From assembly GCF_018977255.1 (NCBI RefSeq), contig NW_024704769.1, forward strand, positions 2,976,001 through 3,040,000: a DNA stretch of 64,000 nucleotides, in the 5' to 3' direction. Source of the stretch: Callorhinchus milii. Lineage: Eukaryota. The position numbers were made by a program, and so were the translations under genes. Under the pieces are notes generated by a model that was not told where the DNA came from, made no database searches, and saw only the letters and a list, made by a program, of their open reading frames with translations. This document shows, in pieces, positions 35,799 through 49,854 of this stretch; positions within the stretch are counted from its first letter, which is position 1; every line of letters begins with the position of its first letter.

Positions 35799-37190
35799 AT
35801 GGCTTCCACATGGATGGATGAGTTGGATGGCGCGCTGTTAGATATGGACGCGGGAGGAGTGTGGAACCAGACATGGGCGGGGGCAGAAAGTGAGGGAAGA
35901 CAGGAGCCGAGATCCAGGGTAACTATAAGGGCGGTCACAGGTTGTCTCCTGTCCCTCTTGATCCTGTCCACCTTCCTGGGAAACACCCTGGTCTGTGCGG
36001 CAGTCATCAAGTTCCGCCACTTGCGTTCCAAAGTCACCAACTTCTTTGTGGTCTCCCTGGCCATTTCGGACCTGTTGGTGGCTGCGTTGGTCATGCCTTG
36101 GAAGGCCATCACAGAGGTAGCCGGCTATTGGCCTTTCGGGGATTTCTGTGAGGTATGGGTGGCCTTTGACATCATGTGCTCCACCGCCTCAATCCTCAAC
36201 CTGTGCGTCATCAGCATGGACAGATATTGGGCCATTGCCAGCCCGTTCCGTTACGAGAGGAAGATGACCCAACGCGTGGCTTTCATGATGATCGGCCTGG
36301 CGTGGTGGTTGTCCATCCTGATCTCCTTCATCCCCGTTCAACTGAGCTGGCACAGATCTGACGTGTTACTCTCTGAACCCAACACCTCGCTCGGTGCAGT
36401 TGATCAAGGAGGCTGCCATTTCCGCTTGAATCGAACCTACGCCATCTCCTCCTCGCTCATTAGTTTCTACATCCCGGTGGCCATCATGATCATCACCTAC
36501 ACTCGCATCTTCCGCATCGCCCAGATGCAGATCAGGAGGATCTCCTTGTTGGAGAGAGCGGTGGGACACGCTCTGATCCGCCAAGCCCAAGCCCACCAGG
36601 GTTCCCGCGAAGCCTCTCTCAAGAGCTCCCTCAAGAAGGAAACCAAATTGCTCAAGACTCTCTCCGTTATCATGGGCGTCTTTGTGTGCTGCTGGCTACC
36701 CTTCTTTGTGCTCAATTGCATCATCCCCTTCTGCTCAGCTCAGCTCCACCGCCAAGGAGGACTTCCGTGCGTCAGCGAGACCACCTTTGATATCTTCGTG
36801 TGGTTCGGCTGGACAAACTCCTCCCTCAATCCCATCATCTACGCCTTCAACGCAGACTTTAGGAAGGCATTTTCCTCCATCCTCGGCTGCAGTAAGCTCT
36901 GCCACAATCACAACGTGGAGACCGTGAACTTCAGCAACGAGTTGGCGTCCCAACACCACCACCACAACACCACCTTCCAGAACGACCCGACCTCCCTCGG
37001 CTACCCCCATCTCCTGCCCCACGTGGTCAGGCAGGCGGGGAGCAATGATCTGACCTTTGACAAAGTCTCGCAGATCTCTCAGACCTCTCGCCACATGGCC
37101 GGAGCTTTGCCGGCTGTGGTCCACGTGGACCTTGAGGCTGAACTCTCTCTGGACAAGACAATGCCCTTCGCGCCCAATGTGCTGGGGTGA
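35799..37190 (+). CDS. D1-class dopamine receptor, intronless, 463 aa; probably the D1E subtype (D1C not excluded)
   Basis: 7TM with [40 protein letters not shown] (Asp3.32), [16 protein letters not shown] (TM5 serines), [35 protein letters not shown]. Likely start is MASTW at 35799. Subtype is inferred from synteny only. Confidence 0.92.
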   Translation: MASTWMDELDGALLDMDAGGVWNQTWAGAESEGRQEPRSRVTIRAVTGCLLSLLILSTFLGNTLVCAAVIKFRHLRSKVTNFFVVSLAISDLLVAALVMPWKAITEVAGYWPFGDFCEVWVAFDIMCSTASILNLCVISMDRYWAIASPFRYERKMTQRVAFMMIGLAWWLSILISFIPVQLSWHRSDVLLSEPNTSLGAVDQGGCHFRLNRTYAISSSLISFYIPVAIMIITYTRIFRIAQMQIRRISLLERAVGHALIRQAQAHQGSREASLKSSLKKETKLLKTLSVIMGVFVCCWLPFFVLNCIIPFCSAQLHRQGGLPCVSETTFDIFVWFGWTNSSLNPIIYAFNADFRKAFSSILGCSKLCHNHNVETVNFSNELASQHHHHNTTFQNDPTSLGYPHLLPHVVRQAGSNDLTFDKVSQISQTSRHMAGALPAVVHVDLEAELSLDKTMPFAPNVLG

Positions 37191-40100
37191 AGGAGACTAC
37201 ACAATTGCCCTGCGCTTGATGTGTATAACCCCAAAGCTTCTCTGAGCACTTCACAAGGCTTTGCTGCCGGGTATAGTGACTGTGTATTTGTAGGCAAACC
37301 CTGATTGGAGCACAACAAGGTCCCTCAGCAAGACCATCGTTCAATTCATCACTCTTCAGGACAGCAAGAGAAAGTCCCTTCTCCTTTCAACACCAACGAC
37401 TTGCATTTACACAGCGCCCCTCACACAAGGTAGCGTCCCAGAGCGCTTGACAAGGGTGGAGCACGACACTGAGCCAGGGGGAGGTGACCCCCCCCCCCCC
37501 ATGGTCAAAGAAGAAGGTCTTCAGGCACGAGCAAGATGGGGAAGGAAGGGGCGAGGCGGAGGGATAGAATTTGGGGGCGTAGTGGCTGAAAGCGCGGCCA
37601 CTGATGGTGGAACGGAGGGCACGAGGGACAAGCAGGAAGCTTTAATAGTTTTAATAGCATTGATATTCAGAAGACGTCGTCTTCTTCAAATTAATGCTTG
37701 ATTTTGTGGCTTTTCTAGATTACGTTCTTGCCCACTCAAAGCAAGGGTTTGGTGAACTTAACCTGTAGTTTTGAACCTCACGTGTAAATGTCTGTTGCTG
37801 TCTTTTGTGCCGTTCTGAAAATAAAAGGTCTTTGTTTAACAAGGCTTGGACGCTTGTTTGAGACACGAGTTTAACTGAATAGCATTAATAAAAAGAAGAC
37901 GATATTCCGAAATGGCTTTAAAAAATACCCGGTGAACAAATGATCAAATCGCCAACAAATATTAGGAGGTTCAAACATATGATGAGAAAGGTAACATCCA
38001 TTCATATCTGACTGACCCATCACCTTCAGAAGTTACCTCTATAATAACTGTAAAAACATAATGATAATAATCTTTACATTTGATGAGGTGCCATTGAGAT
38101 GTCTCTAAAGCGCTTTACAGTATTTACTTAGGACGTCCTTCCGATGTGAAAGGCACTATACAAACGTGATTTTGTATTGTATTGTAAAGTGTAGTGACCG
38201 TGTATTTTAGGTGAACCCAGTAGCCAATCTGCGCACAGCAGCGTCCTACGAACAGCCACAAAGTGAGTGATCAATTTAATCAATGCCTCCATATTGTTGC
38301 ACCTTTACTAAGTCCCATCTGTCCGAGATAGTATTTTATGGGCTTTCAGCTTTGATCACCGCGAAGGGTCTGGAGTGGAGGCAAATTGCTCTATTAATTC
38401 CTGCTGCTCTGCTCATGCCTTTCTCCTCTACGGGAGTGTTTTGTCACCACTCAAATCCGCTCTTAATTATTGTTTGGTTTCTCTGCATTCGGCTTCCGGA
38501 GATAGAGACAAAGTGAGTGTCTGGCACACTCCAGCCTCGCTCCATCATCCCTTTAATCTGTGTTTCTATTTCACAGTATCGATCAATGGATCAAACTCAG
38601 TGCTGCCGTAGGACAGTCACGTTCAAAAGGATGCCAGTCTATATCAGTTCCATCTCTACAGGGCTCATTGTAACAATAGGAATAATTCTTGCACTTGATA
38701 TAGAGTCTTATCACATCGTTGAGGCATCTCAAAGTGCTTTGCAGGATGTACTGTATAGCGAATTGACCGTATATTTTGTGGGCGAAATGCCGCACCCAAT
38801 TGTGTCTAAGGTTTTGCCCGGCCTGGGAATCAAACCTGGGTCCTCTCGCTTGCGAGGCGAGAGCTCTAACCACCATACCCCAGGACTCCACATTTTTGGG
38901 GTACAGGAAGGCTATAAAAACAACGACGGAGACGCTTACAATAATTTACTGCATCAGGACATGAGCTGACATCTTGGGGCAGTGATTTACAGTTAATTAT
39001 TAATAGAATGAATCGGTCTAATGTCCAAACTGATTGCAGTGCCTACGTGCAAGGAGATAAAGAAGCTGCCTTTTAATTATGTGAGTATTGGAGTGATGCC
39101 CCTTAGGGAGGGAGAGACTGGGGGGCGGAGGGGGTGGAATCTACGTGCTGTTTTTTTGTCTCTGCTCTGGATTTTGCGTTCAATGGGAAAGACCCTTTGT
39201 GAAGATCACTGGGCTGTTCACACCTGATAATGTTGTGACTTCTGCAGAGCCAACATGGACAGAGCAGGTAATCAAACGCAATTAATCTTTAGAGCCATTA
39301 AACTGCCTGTCCATCACCTCTCACTCACCTCTGCCTCTCTCTCCGTATCTCTTTGAACCGAGATTTTCAATCCCAAGATCAACCGCGCAAAAGGGAGAGG
39401 TTAGGGGAACTTTTAGTTGAAGGATATAGCGATGATGGTAACAATAATGCTTGCATTTGATACAGCGCCTTATCAGGTCTTCGAGACGGCTCAAAGCGCC
39501 TCGCAGAATATACCGTACAGTGTAGTGACTGTGTATTCTGTGGGCGAAACTTGGCAGCCCGTGGCGCACCTCAGTGTTCCACGATCAGTCGTGGATTTGA
39601 GTGACCCAATTTTTTTTTCCCCCAAAGGGTTATTTGCCCCCGGAAAAGTGATCCGCCAGCGGACTTAGCAACCGGGTTCCTATGTCCTGCGAGGTCAACA
39701 GAGGAGTGTGGAGCAAATTGGTTGCTGTGTTGGCCTGCAAATACACAGTCACTGCAATTGAGACATTGCGATAAGGCAACCGTAAAAATGCTAATGATTT
39801 CATTCATTGCTCTCCATTTATTTACCAAGCAAATCAGTACCGTGGCCAGCTCCATCTACAGATAGACAGACAGACACGATCGTCATCACCAGGACTTTGT
39901 CAACTCTCTGTCTCCCTCCCGTTCCCCTTGTCACGTCTCTCCAGAGCGACAGCAGCCTCCATTTACCCTAACGGTGAGTCGTAACCCAGTTGTTAGTCGA
40001 TTGGCGGATCGCTTTCCGGCGGTAGTAATTGATTATTCGGAAAATAATTCATTGAAAATAATAATAATCATGTGGTCGCTCAATCCAGACTGTTTGTGGG

Positions 40101-42029
40101 ACAATTGCTGTGCGCAATTGGTTTCGTCCACAAAATATACAGTCATTTCACTGTACAGAATATTCTGTGAAGCTCTTTGATATGTTCCGACGACGTGATA
40201 AGGCGCTGTATCAAACGCAAGGATTATTATATAAATCCCTTCTCTTTTCCAACAGGGCCTCGGGAGATCTTTAACGTCCACCTGAACAGGGCACAGACGG
40301 GGAGCGAGGTTTAACATCTCATCCGAACGACGGCACCTCTGACAACGCAATGCTAACCGCCAGCACTCTATCGGTGCGTCAGCCTAGGCTTTGATCTCTC
40401 TCCGATGGAACAGGTAGGATAGAGAAATTTCTTCTCGAGTTAGAGAGCGAGCAATGCTCCAAGTGCCTCGAAATGTCTGGCAGCTTTAAGATTAAATATA
40501 TGAACAGTGGAAGGGGGAAAAAAAAAACAAGCTCCTGGAGGGGGGATGGTGAGGAATGAGGCTTTGACGTGCATTTGCGGTTCCCTACCGTCCATGTCTC
40601 CTTAGACCACAGAAACGAGCAGCACTCTCCCACTCTCTCACTGGAGATAAGGCGGTTATTATAAGGCTCCGGTCTGTGGAGAGCACTGTCATCTAAAAGC
40701 GTCGACAACAAGGTCAGAACCAATCAGTCAGACAGGCACTTGTACTCCATAGATATAGTTACTTAACTAAAGAGATGATGTTCCTACTCATATAGAGTAT
40801 TAGTTAGAGCCCTCGGCTCGCAAGTGAGAGGGCACGGGGTATTTTAAACCTGTCCCTTGGTTACCGACCCACCCGCCAGTGGAAACAATTTCTCCCTATT
40901 TACTCCATCAAAACCCCTCATACTTTTCTTCCCTCAACCTTCTCCGCCCCAAGGAGAACAGGTCCCAGGCTCTCTCTGGTCTCTCTCCACATAATTGATC
41001 GGAATGAGCTGTGCAGTCCAGGCCAGGCTCACAGAGAGAGACAGAGATAGAGAGACGGAGACAGCATTACATCGCAATTCATGGTCAAGATTAATTGTTA
41101 ACATCCTCCCATCTCGTCGCCTGTCTGTCCCAATCATCGTCACATCAGAGGCATGAAGGGTTTTACCAGACAGATAGCCTTGCGAAAGCAAAAAAATCTT
41201 GTCAACATTCATCGCACATCCACTAGGACTTATGTAAAGTGATGGGAGTTGGTCTGATGGCATTTATTTTTAGTCGCTGTTTCAGCTCCACTGCTGTCAA
41301 TTTAACCTTTCTACTCCTATTTCAATGACTATATGATTACTTTTCAGAAGGAGAGATCTTTGCAGCTTCAGTGATCTCCCGCCCATGAATTAGTTATCCC
41401 CTCTCCCTCTCCCTCTCTTTCCATCTCGCTCAAAGGAACTGTCCTTAGCTCCTTAGCTCGCGTTTGACGAGGCTACTTCTGATACCTTGCGTATAAAAAC
41501 GTAAGGATTTGCTGGGGGAAGTAGACCAAAGTCCACCCAGTTTGCCTTCCGTCATCCTGGCGGTCACCTGCCATGTCGTGTCCCAAACTATATACACATT
41601 GTCTCCCCCTTCAGATATAATTTTCTAGCAGAAATCTATGTGGTTTGTTCTTGAACCAAACAACATGCTTTCACCGTAGTGTTTTTGTTCTGAACTTACC
41701 CCTCACTTCAATCGCAGGCTGTGCCCTGTGGTTCTACTGTAGTTATACACTTAGGACGTCTCAACGACGTGATAAGGCACTATAGCAAATGCAAGGATTA
41801 TTATTATTATTATAATAAGGGAGCAAGGTGATGGAAGATGGAACCTGTTAGCAGCAGAGATAGAAAGTGTATTGGTGCCCTCTTTTGGTAGGTATTAAGC
41901 CTTATATATCTATAGCATTTTATCTCATCAATATGTGTCAGCCATTCTAGTTTTTCTTGTGTCAAATTAACTCACAAACCAACCATGGGGAATAGCCAGC
42001 CACTGGGAGAAACTCTCTTCTCTAGTCAA

Positions 42030-42385
42030 ATGAGTCCTGTAGCTCAGTGGTTAGAGCCCTCCTCGCCTCGCAAGCGAGAGGACCCAGGTTCGATTCCCGG
42101 CCAGGCGCTCGTGTCTGTTTACCCAAGAGTAAGTAGGAACTCGGTTGTTAGTCGATTGGCGGATCGCTTTTCCGGGCGTAACAATCCCTTCAAAATATAA
42201 TAATAATAATTTGGTCACTCAATTTTGTGGGGACGCCGCTGTGCGCAATTAACTGCCGCGTTTCGCCCACAAAATATACAGTCAATTCGCTTTACAGCAT
42301 ATTCTGTGAAGAGCTTTGAAACCTCTCCACGACATGATAAGATACTAGATCGAATGCAAGGATTATTATCATTATTATTATTATT
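42030..42385 (+). mobile_element. tRNA-derived Deu-like SINE
   Basis: GAGTCCTGTAGCTCAGTGGTTAGAGC..GGTTCGATTCCCGG head and (ATT)n tail. Confidence 0.85.
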
Positions 42386-43904
42386 CAGTCAATTTTGGAT
42401 GATTGACGTCACACAAGACAGAAGGACAGTGAAACATTGTGTGTTTTCCTTGTGAGATTGTGTACAGGACACTGGTGGGTTGTGAAGCAAGGTGCGTTGG
42501 ATGGGATGGACAGATTATAAGACACCTGCACAGTACTTTGGATGTAAGTATCTCTTCTTTAATTTACTGTCCACACTATGGTGCAATCGTGGAGTGCAGT
42601 AGAGACAGTAGCCACTAGATGTTCCTCTTCCCCAGTTCATAAAAGCTATTGCACGATCTTCCATCGAAGGGCTCTACATGCAAATCACTGTTATTGTTTG
42701 ATTTTTAACAATAATCCCGGCATTTGCCTAAAAAAATACATTCGCATCCAGTCTAAACCCAAATCGAGTTCCCCTACAAAATACACGGTCGCTACGCTTT
42801 ACAGTACGTCGAGTGAAGCGCTCTGAGACGTCCTCCTGACTGTCAAAGGCAATGCCTCAAATAAGATACTCGATGTTTAGATCGATATATTTCCTGATCT
42901 TCTCTAGTTCCTTATTTCTTATGTAGTAATCACTCGGGATAGTCACATCAATAATACAACCTGTACAATCGATTCGCTCCTTTATGATAATATCTGGTCA
43001 GTTACATATTAGTGTTATAATGATTATAATCATTGTAATGCCCCTCGCTTGCCTCATGCAAGTACCGTCTAAAGATCTTCCTCAGCTTGGGTGTGGTTCT
43101 TGGACCGCCCAGCGCCTTGGGACATCCTTCTGCCGTCAAAGGGCGCTGTGTAAATGTCATTTGTCGTTGTTGCTGTTGGATAAGATTCTCCTAAGCAACT
43201 CATAGGAACCAACCAACTGAGCCGGGCTGACCTACCCCTCTGAGCTCACCCTCTAAGTGCGGGTGGAATGAGCCAAGGCTTGTGTTTGCTATCTTGTGAC
43301 TTCTGCTTGAGAGAGCGACTGGAGCAAATATTACATAGAGCCTTTAACGCAGGGAAGATAACATCTGGAAGCGTTTTGCAGAAACAGAGATGATCCTTTG
43401 GAGAAATAAAAGTTTTATTTTAAGATCAGCGTCGAGTGACTCATTCGGGTCATTTTTTTTCCAGAGGAAGCCAACGGCAGTGTTAATAACCCGCTAACTC
43501 TTTTATTCCCTAATACTGCCACTCCTATGTAGGTCATTAAATGTCCATCAAAGGAATTAGGGAGCAATAGAAGCAGCCAGAGATAGAGATAGGCAACCTA
43601 TCTTTCCTTCCCCGTGTCCTTGAACAATATAAGTGACAGGATATAAAAGCTGCTGCATTTCGCCCACAAAATACGCAGTCAATTCACTTTACAGTGTATC
43701 CCGTGAAGCGCTTTGAGGCGTCTCGAAGACGTGATGAGGCGCTGTATCAAATGCCAGGGTTATTGCTGTTATTATAGCTTTATCTAAGATCATTTCACAT
43801 GGGACTTCGCCTCCTGTGTCCTATCCTCTCCATCCCCACCATCCTCAGCCATTCTGCTTCTCCCCCACCGCCGCCTCAGAACTTTCTCCCTCTCTCCCTC
43901 TCAC

Positions 43905-44300
43905 AGAATCATAGAATATTAAAGCACGGAAGGAGGCCATTCGGCCCATCTCGCCTGTGCCAGCTCTTTGGAAGAGCTACCCACTCCCTCCCCCGCGCTC
44001 CCCCCCCATATCCTCGCAATTTTTTTTTTTCCTTTTTCAAGTCCCTATCCAATTCCCTTTTGAAAACTACGATCGAATCGGCTTCCTGACCAGCCTTTCA
44101 GGCGGTGCGTTCCAGACCGTAACAACTCTCCGAGTTTAAAAAAAAATTGTCTCCTCACCTCTCCTCTGGTTCGTTTGCCAATCATCTCGACTCTGTGTCC
44201 TTCGGTTACCGACCCACGCACCAGTGGAAAGAGTTTCTCCTTATCTACTCCATCAAAACCCCTCATAATTTTAAACAGCTCTATTAAATCTCCCCTTTAA
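43905..44300 (-). mobile_element. CR1 LINE 3' fragment
   Basis: MRGFDGVDKEKLFPLV..TEGHR coding and the AGGCCATTCGGCCC end. Confidence 0.85.
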
Positions 44301-44834
44301 CCCCCTTCTCTCTCTCCCCCCCCTCTCTCCCTATCTAAAACCATCCCAAATAAAATCCGTCCCTGACTTTGTGGCTGTTCGTGCAACGTTGCTGTGTGCA
44401 AATTGGCTGCCGTGTTTCGCCCACACACGCACACTTGATGTGTTGAGGTTGTAGGGATTGAATAAAAATGCAGGTAATGTTATCGCATTTACTCTGGTAA
44501 TGAGCTGCGGTGGCTGAGAGCTTGAGAGCCAGTAAGAGAATTGGAGGACACTTGCGGAGTTGGATTGAACAGTGATAGAGAGGCCTTAAACTGATATGAA
44601 TAATTCAGGCTCCAGACGAGGTGCATTGAAATCAAAGTGGTCGACTGTTCAGTTGCTAAGACTACAAGAAAGCTGTACATCAGTTATCAATGCGGTAGGA
44701 AGAACCATTTTAAATAGTCACTTTGCAAAGCTAAAGCACATTCGGACCATTGGATGGCAAAGATCCCACGGTGCTACTCGAAGAGAGAAAAGAGTTTCTC
44801 TATCTCTATTTCGGTGTCTCGGCCAACAATCTTT

Positions 44835-45045
44835 TGGAAGTGTGGACGCACAGTGTAGAGGAGCTTTACTGTGTCTCTAACCCTGACCTGGGAGTGTGGA
44901 CGGACGCACAGTGTAGAGGGAGCTTTACTCTGTCTCTAACCCTGACCTGGGAGTGTGGACGGACGCACAGTGTAGAGGGAGCTTTACTCTGTCTCTAACC
45001 CGTGCTGTGGCTGTCCTGGGAGTATTTGAAGAGACAGTGTAGAGC
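44835..45045 (+). repeat. ~60-bp tandem repeat, about 3 copies
   Basis: Unit GGGAGTGTGGACGGACGCACAGTGTAGAGGGAGCTTTACTCTGTCTCTAACCCTGACCT. Confidence 0.85.
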
Positions 45046-46436
45046 GACGTATGCAGGTTTATAGCGCTCGACCCTGAGTACTTCTCCCCCCAAAATGCTT
45101 CAAATCGACAGATAATTCAGCAACAGGCAATAAAGCAGATGGTTGGAATGGGTGTGGCCCCAAGCGCCAGTTATCAAAACATCATTTATTGCCAGAGAGG
45201 AGTTAACAGCAAAGTCTGAGCTTCACAATCGTTTCTGAAAGCGAAAATTCAAGTGAAATTCCACCACCCCCACCCCCACCCCCACCCCCTCCCCCTCCCA
45301 CCACCGCAAAAAAAAAACAGGAATCCTAGAACCTTACAGCACGGAAGGAGACCATTTGTTCCATCCTGCCCATACCGGCTCTTGGTAAGAGCTATCCAAC
45401 TAGTCCCGCGCGCCCCCCCACACCCCCCCCCCACTACCGCGCCGCTCTTACCCCCACAGTCCCTCTCTGATTCCCCCTTCCGTGTCTCCTCTGCCAATTT
45501 AAGAGTTGCGGGTCTAAAGGAACATGACTTCGGAACACAAAACGCGTGGAAGATTTTGCCGCAAGAATACGTTGGAGGGTAACACGGCCCCTTAAAGCAC
45601 AAGCAGAAGGCCACAGAAATATATCACCGGAATCAACGAGGTTTTAATCATGCAGTAATTAAAATATCAATTCAATTTGGCTTCCCCCACCCCCCCCCCA
45701 CCCCTCCCCATCCTCCCCACCCCACCTTCCCCCATGCGACCCCCTTTAACCAGCAAAAATGGCTTCGGGATTTAAGAATTTTCCACAATGTTGTGTGATC
45801 TTAAGATAATAATTCATTGATAATAATAACTTGGTCACTCGATCCACGGCTGTTTGCGGGGGACGCGGCTGTGCGCAATTTCGCCCACAAAGTGCGCAGT
45901 CACTCCACTTGACAGTATGTTCTGTGAAGCGCTTTGAGACGACTCGAAGACGTGACAGGTTGCGATATATCAAAACAATTGATTGACGCTGTATCCGGCG
46001 AACTTTCTCGCTGCTCTGAAAATCAATCCCGCAACGGTAGAGCACAAGGGGTTAAAACTGCTCCGGAAACGAACGGTCCCGGGAAAGTCTTGGGAAAAGT
46101 GGGAACCGGCTCCCAACCGTTCACGGAGCGCAGACTGACCATCTAAGTGCCGTTGGCGTTCGTCGCCGTGTCTGTTGCCGAATCCCGAAGCGAAGTGGTT
46201 AGAAGCCATCGCCTCGCAAGCGAGAGAGAGGACCCGGGTTCGATCCCCGGGCGAGTCAGGTCAGGACGAAACGATGGGCAAGTTTCCTTACTCCACACGC
46301 ACACACACACACACACATGCACACACACACACACACACCACACGTGCTGTGGAAGTACAGCCCGATCAAAAGAAACCATCGAGTAAAATTGGACAGTGTC
46401 AAGTGACGCAGCAAAGGCACGGTGCGGGGATGAACG

Positions 46437-47540
46437 CTAAGCATTCCTATTGGCACAGTTGAGATGCAGGGAGGCTTTCGACATCTCTGTGTTGACCGTA
46501 GACAATGGGAAGGTCTCGTACTTCTCCCTGTCCCTTCTGCACCTGCACCTGTAGATCAATAGCTTCATCTCCTTCTGGAAGTTGTGGTTGAGGAAGCCGT
46601 ACATGACGGGGTTGACACAGGTGGAGAACATGGCTGTCAGGTGGGACAGGGAGAAGATCATGTTGTGGAGGCACACGGAGATGGCCTGATGGTTCCAGTC
46701 GAAGATGGTGTTGAAGACCATCAAAGGCAGCCAGCACACAGCGAAGGCAGCCACGATGCACAGCAACATGATGTTGATCTTCTTACTGTGACTGAGCCTG
46801 TGGTTGGCATCCTTTGGTCGCTCCACCATGTCTCTCCGTCTCCTGAGGCACAGGAAGATCCTGAAGTAACAGACGAAGATCAGGAGCAGAGGGAGGCAGT
46901 ACTGAAACAAGAGGAGACAGGTCGTGTAGGCCAGTCTCTGGCTCTCGGAAGGCCAGTACTCGATGCAGGCAAAGTGGTCGGCAAAAGTGTCCAAGGCCAG
47001 GGAGATGTTCTTGTAAGGACCGTCTGTCAAGATGTTGAAGGACATGAAAGGCAAAGAGATAAAACAGCCCACGATCCAAGTCACGGCCACCGCCAGGTAG
47101 GCATGACCAACAACTGGCTTCCAGCCGGTCGGGTTGATGATCAGTTGGTGTCTCTCCAAGGCGATGAGGACCAGGCATGAGATGGAGACTGTCACCGACA
47201 TGCACTGCACAAATGGAGTGAGTTTACAGAGAGCCGCTCCCAATATCCAATGGTCCATCAGGGTGTAAATGAGGGTGACGGGCAGGCAGATGGCACACAT
47301 GACGATGTCCGAGCAGGAGAGGTTGGCGATGAGGACGTTGGTGACATTGTGCATCTCCTTCTGCCTGGTGATGACGTAGACTAGACAGACGTTGCCAATC
47401 AGACCCATGGCCATGATGGCGCTGTAAGCCACCACAAGGAAGGTGGTTCCCCCGATCGAGCCGGGGCAGTTGAAGTTTCCCCACGAGGTGTGGTTGAATT
47501 TGGAGTGGTTGGAGAACAGGAGCTTGAGGAATTCCTCCAT
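46437..47540 (-). CDS. NPY8R: Neuropeptide Y receptor Y8 (Y1 subfamily), intronless CDS, 367 aa
   Basis: 7TM with [101 protein letters not shown]. Motifs match fish npy8r better than Y1, Y4 or Y6 as I recall them. Confidence 0.88.
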   Translation of the reverse strand: MEEFLKLLFSNHSKFNHTSWGNFNCPGSIGGTTFLVVAYSAIMAMGLIGNVCLVYVITRQKEMHNVTNVLIANLSCSDIVMCAICLPVTLIYTLMDHWILGAALCKLTPFVQCMSVTVSISCLVLIALERHQLIINPTGWKPVVGHAYLAVAVTWIVGCFISLPFMSFNILTDGPYKNISLALDTFADHFACIEYWPSESQRLAYTTCLLLFQYCLPLLLIFVCYFRIFLCLRRRRDMVERPKDANHRLSHSKKINIMLLCIVAAFAVCWLPLMVFNTIFDWNHQAISVCLHNMIFSLSHLTAMFSTCVNPVMYGFLNHNFQKEMKLLIYRCRCRRDREKYETFPLSTVNTEMSKASLHLNCANRNA

Positions 47541-48243
47541 CCTTCCAATTGATAACTAGTTGTGTGCCTTCGACGCTTCCCGGAGAAGAGTCAACACGAC
47601 CAGGTTGTCTTGGGGTGGGATGAGATGGGGGTGGGGTGGGGGGGGGGGATGGTGGGGGGGGTCACACTTGGCTAGCACATGTTCTGGTCTTCCCTCATCT
47701 CGATTGACGCTGCAAAACAAAGACTTGTTGGTTCCAGCACCGGCTAGAGAGGCGAGCTGCCAATTGACTGACACCCGGGTTCCTCCTTGCTGCGAGGTAA
47801 ACAGAGTCGTGCGAGTGTGCGTGCGTGTGTGTGGGGTGAGGGAACGTGCTTAAGGTTTCGCCCCGTCTGGGAATCGAACCCCCTCGCTTGCGAGGTTGAG
47901 CGCTCTGACCACTGAGCTCCAGGCCTCCACTCTGGTTCCAGTGGAGGAGCCGGCAATCTGTCGGAGCTGGAGAAAGGGAGGATTGTCTTGGGATGAAAGG
48001 CAATAAAGAAAGTGTGAGATTTTATCGCAGTCTGAGCTTTTCTGGGATCAGTCATTAGACCGCCCCGCGCCCCCACCAACCCCCCCCCAACCATCTCCAG
48101 GCTCAAGGCATAACATCCCAGCCAACGTCTTGTGATTTCTCTAAAAGCACATGTTGTTGTGCTGAATTTGGCTCAATAGGTAGTGCTCTCGCCTCCGAGT
48201 CAGAATATTGCGGGTCCGAGCCCCACCAACGTCGCTGACGCTG

Positions 48244-48645
48244 GTGGAGTCCCGTAGCTCAGTGGTGAGAGCACTCGCTTTGCAAGCGGGAGGACCCAGG
48301 TTCGATTCCCGAGCAGGTTGGAACGTACGGCGAGTTTCCTTACTCATTTCGCCCACAAAACATGCATTCAAATTCACCCCTCTGTTTACCCAACAGTAAT
48401 TAGCCACCCGGTTGTTAGTCGATTGGCGGATCGCTTTTCCGGGGGTAATAATCCCTTCAAAAATAATAATATGGTCACTCAATCCACGACTGTTTGTGGG
48501 ACACTGTTGTGTGCAATTGGCTGTGCCGCGTTTCACCCACAAAATACAGCCAATTCACAATATATGCAATTCAATTTACAGTATTGTCTGTGAAGCACTT
48601 TGAGACGTTTCGACATGATAAGGCTCTGCATCAAATGCAATATTA
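48244..48645 (+). mobile_element. tRNA-Ala SINE, full length
   Basis: Head with TGC anticodon loop (CTCGC-TTTGCAA-GCGGG), followed by body and tail. Confidence 0.85.
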
Positions 48646-48803
48646 ATTCTCCCTCCTCCTCCCTTCCCTTTAAACCGACATATTCATGAGGGAATAGGTG
48701 AGTGGGGGGAATAACAATAAACTAAACCAATCACCGTGAAATATCCCCAAAACACACACACAATTCATTTGGACTCATCAATGAATTCATGATTTGCATT
48801 TTG

Positions 48804-48950
48804 NNNNNNNNNNNNNNNNNNNNNNNNNNNNNNNNNNNNNNNNNNNNNNNNNNNNNNNNNNNNNNNNNNNNNNNNNNNNNNNNNNNNNNNNNNNNNNNNN
48901 NNNNNNNNNNNNNNNNNNNNNNNNNNNNNNNNNNNNNNNNNNNNNNNNNN
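48804..48950. other. Assembly gap
   Basis: Run of N. Confidence 1.
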
Positions 48951-49156
48951 AATTGAAGATCAGAATTCAAGGAAGATTTATTTGTGATTAAATAATGTGT
49001 GTACATGTGCGCGCGTGTATATATGTGTGTGCATGTGTATATATGCACGTGTGTGTGTATGTATATGTGTGTATGTGTGTGTGTGTGTGTGTATATGTGT
49101 GTCTGAGCTGCATGCAGTGATAGATTTGATTGCAAACAGTGAAACAGCTTCCTTAC

Positions 49157-49400
49157 CTGGATACTGATCAGCAGGTTGCAGGTGCAAAAGGCTTTCTCCC
49201 AATGGTGGGGGGGGGAATAGAAGAGATAAGTCCCAGATCCTTTCGATCAGAGACTAAGCCAAGGCTCTGATCTCTCCCTCCCCTTAGTGTGGCTTCAGAA
49301 AGCTGACTGACTTGCTGCGTTCACGCACTGTCTTGGAACAGCCTGGCATTTCTAATGAGACCAGCGGATATTCTTCAAAGGCCTCCACAGCCCAGAATAT
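49157..49400 (-). other. Possible non-coding 5' exon of NPY8R (5' boundary uncertain)
   Basis: Strong donor CCAG|GTAAGG at 49157/49156 in non-repeat sequence; candidate acceptor near 47609 just upstream of the ATG. Confidence 0.3.
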
Positions 49401-49528
49401 GCGTGTCGCAAAACACACACACATAGGAATGCGAAACCCAGATGTTTCTCGTTGCTGCTTTGTGAGATGCGTGGCAGAGAAGCTGACTAAAGCATCCTTA
49501 AACTTGGCTGGTCCAGTGACCGGAGAGC

Positions 49529-49564
<36 letters not shown>

Positions 49565-49812
49565 AAGAGAGGGTTTCCTTTGATGTCCTTTTCAGCTGTG
49601 CTGCGTGCAATGTCAAGGCTCTCTGCATCACATTGAATCCACTCGATTCTTTGAGGTTTTATTGTGCGGATGGAGAGCGGAGATATTACTGCAGTGGCTG
49701 GAATATTCAGAGGCAGAGAGGCATTGAAACAGAGCAGGGCTCTGGCTGTGTGCGATAGGTTCGGTGCTGAATAAGCTGCAATGCATAGGAATTTGAAGGC
49801 ATACAATTGAGC

Positions 49813-49854
<42 letters not shown>

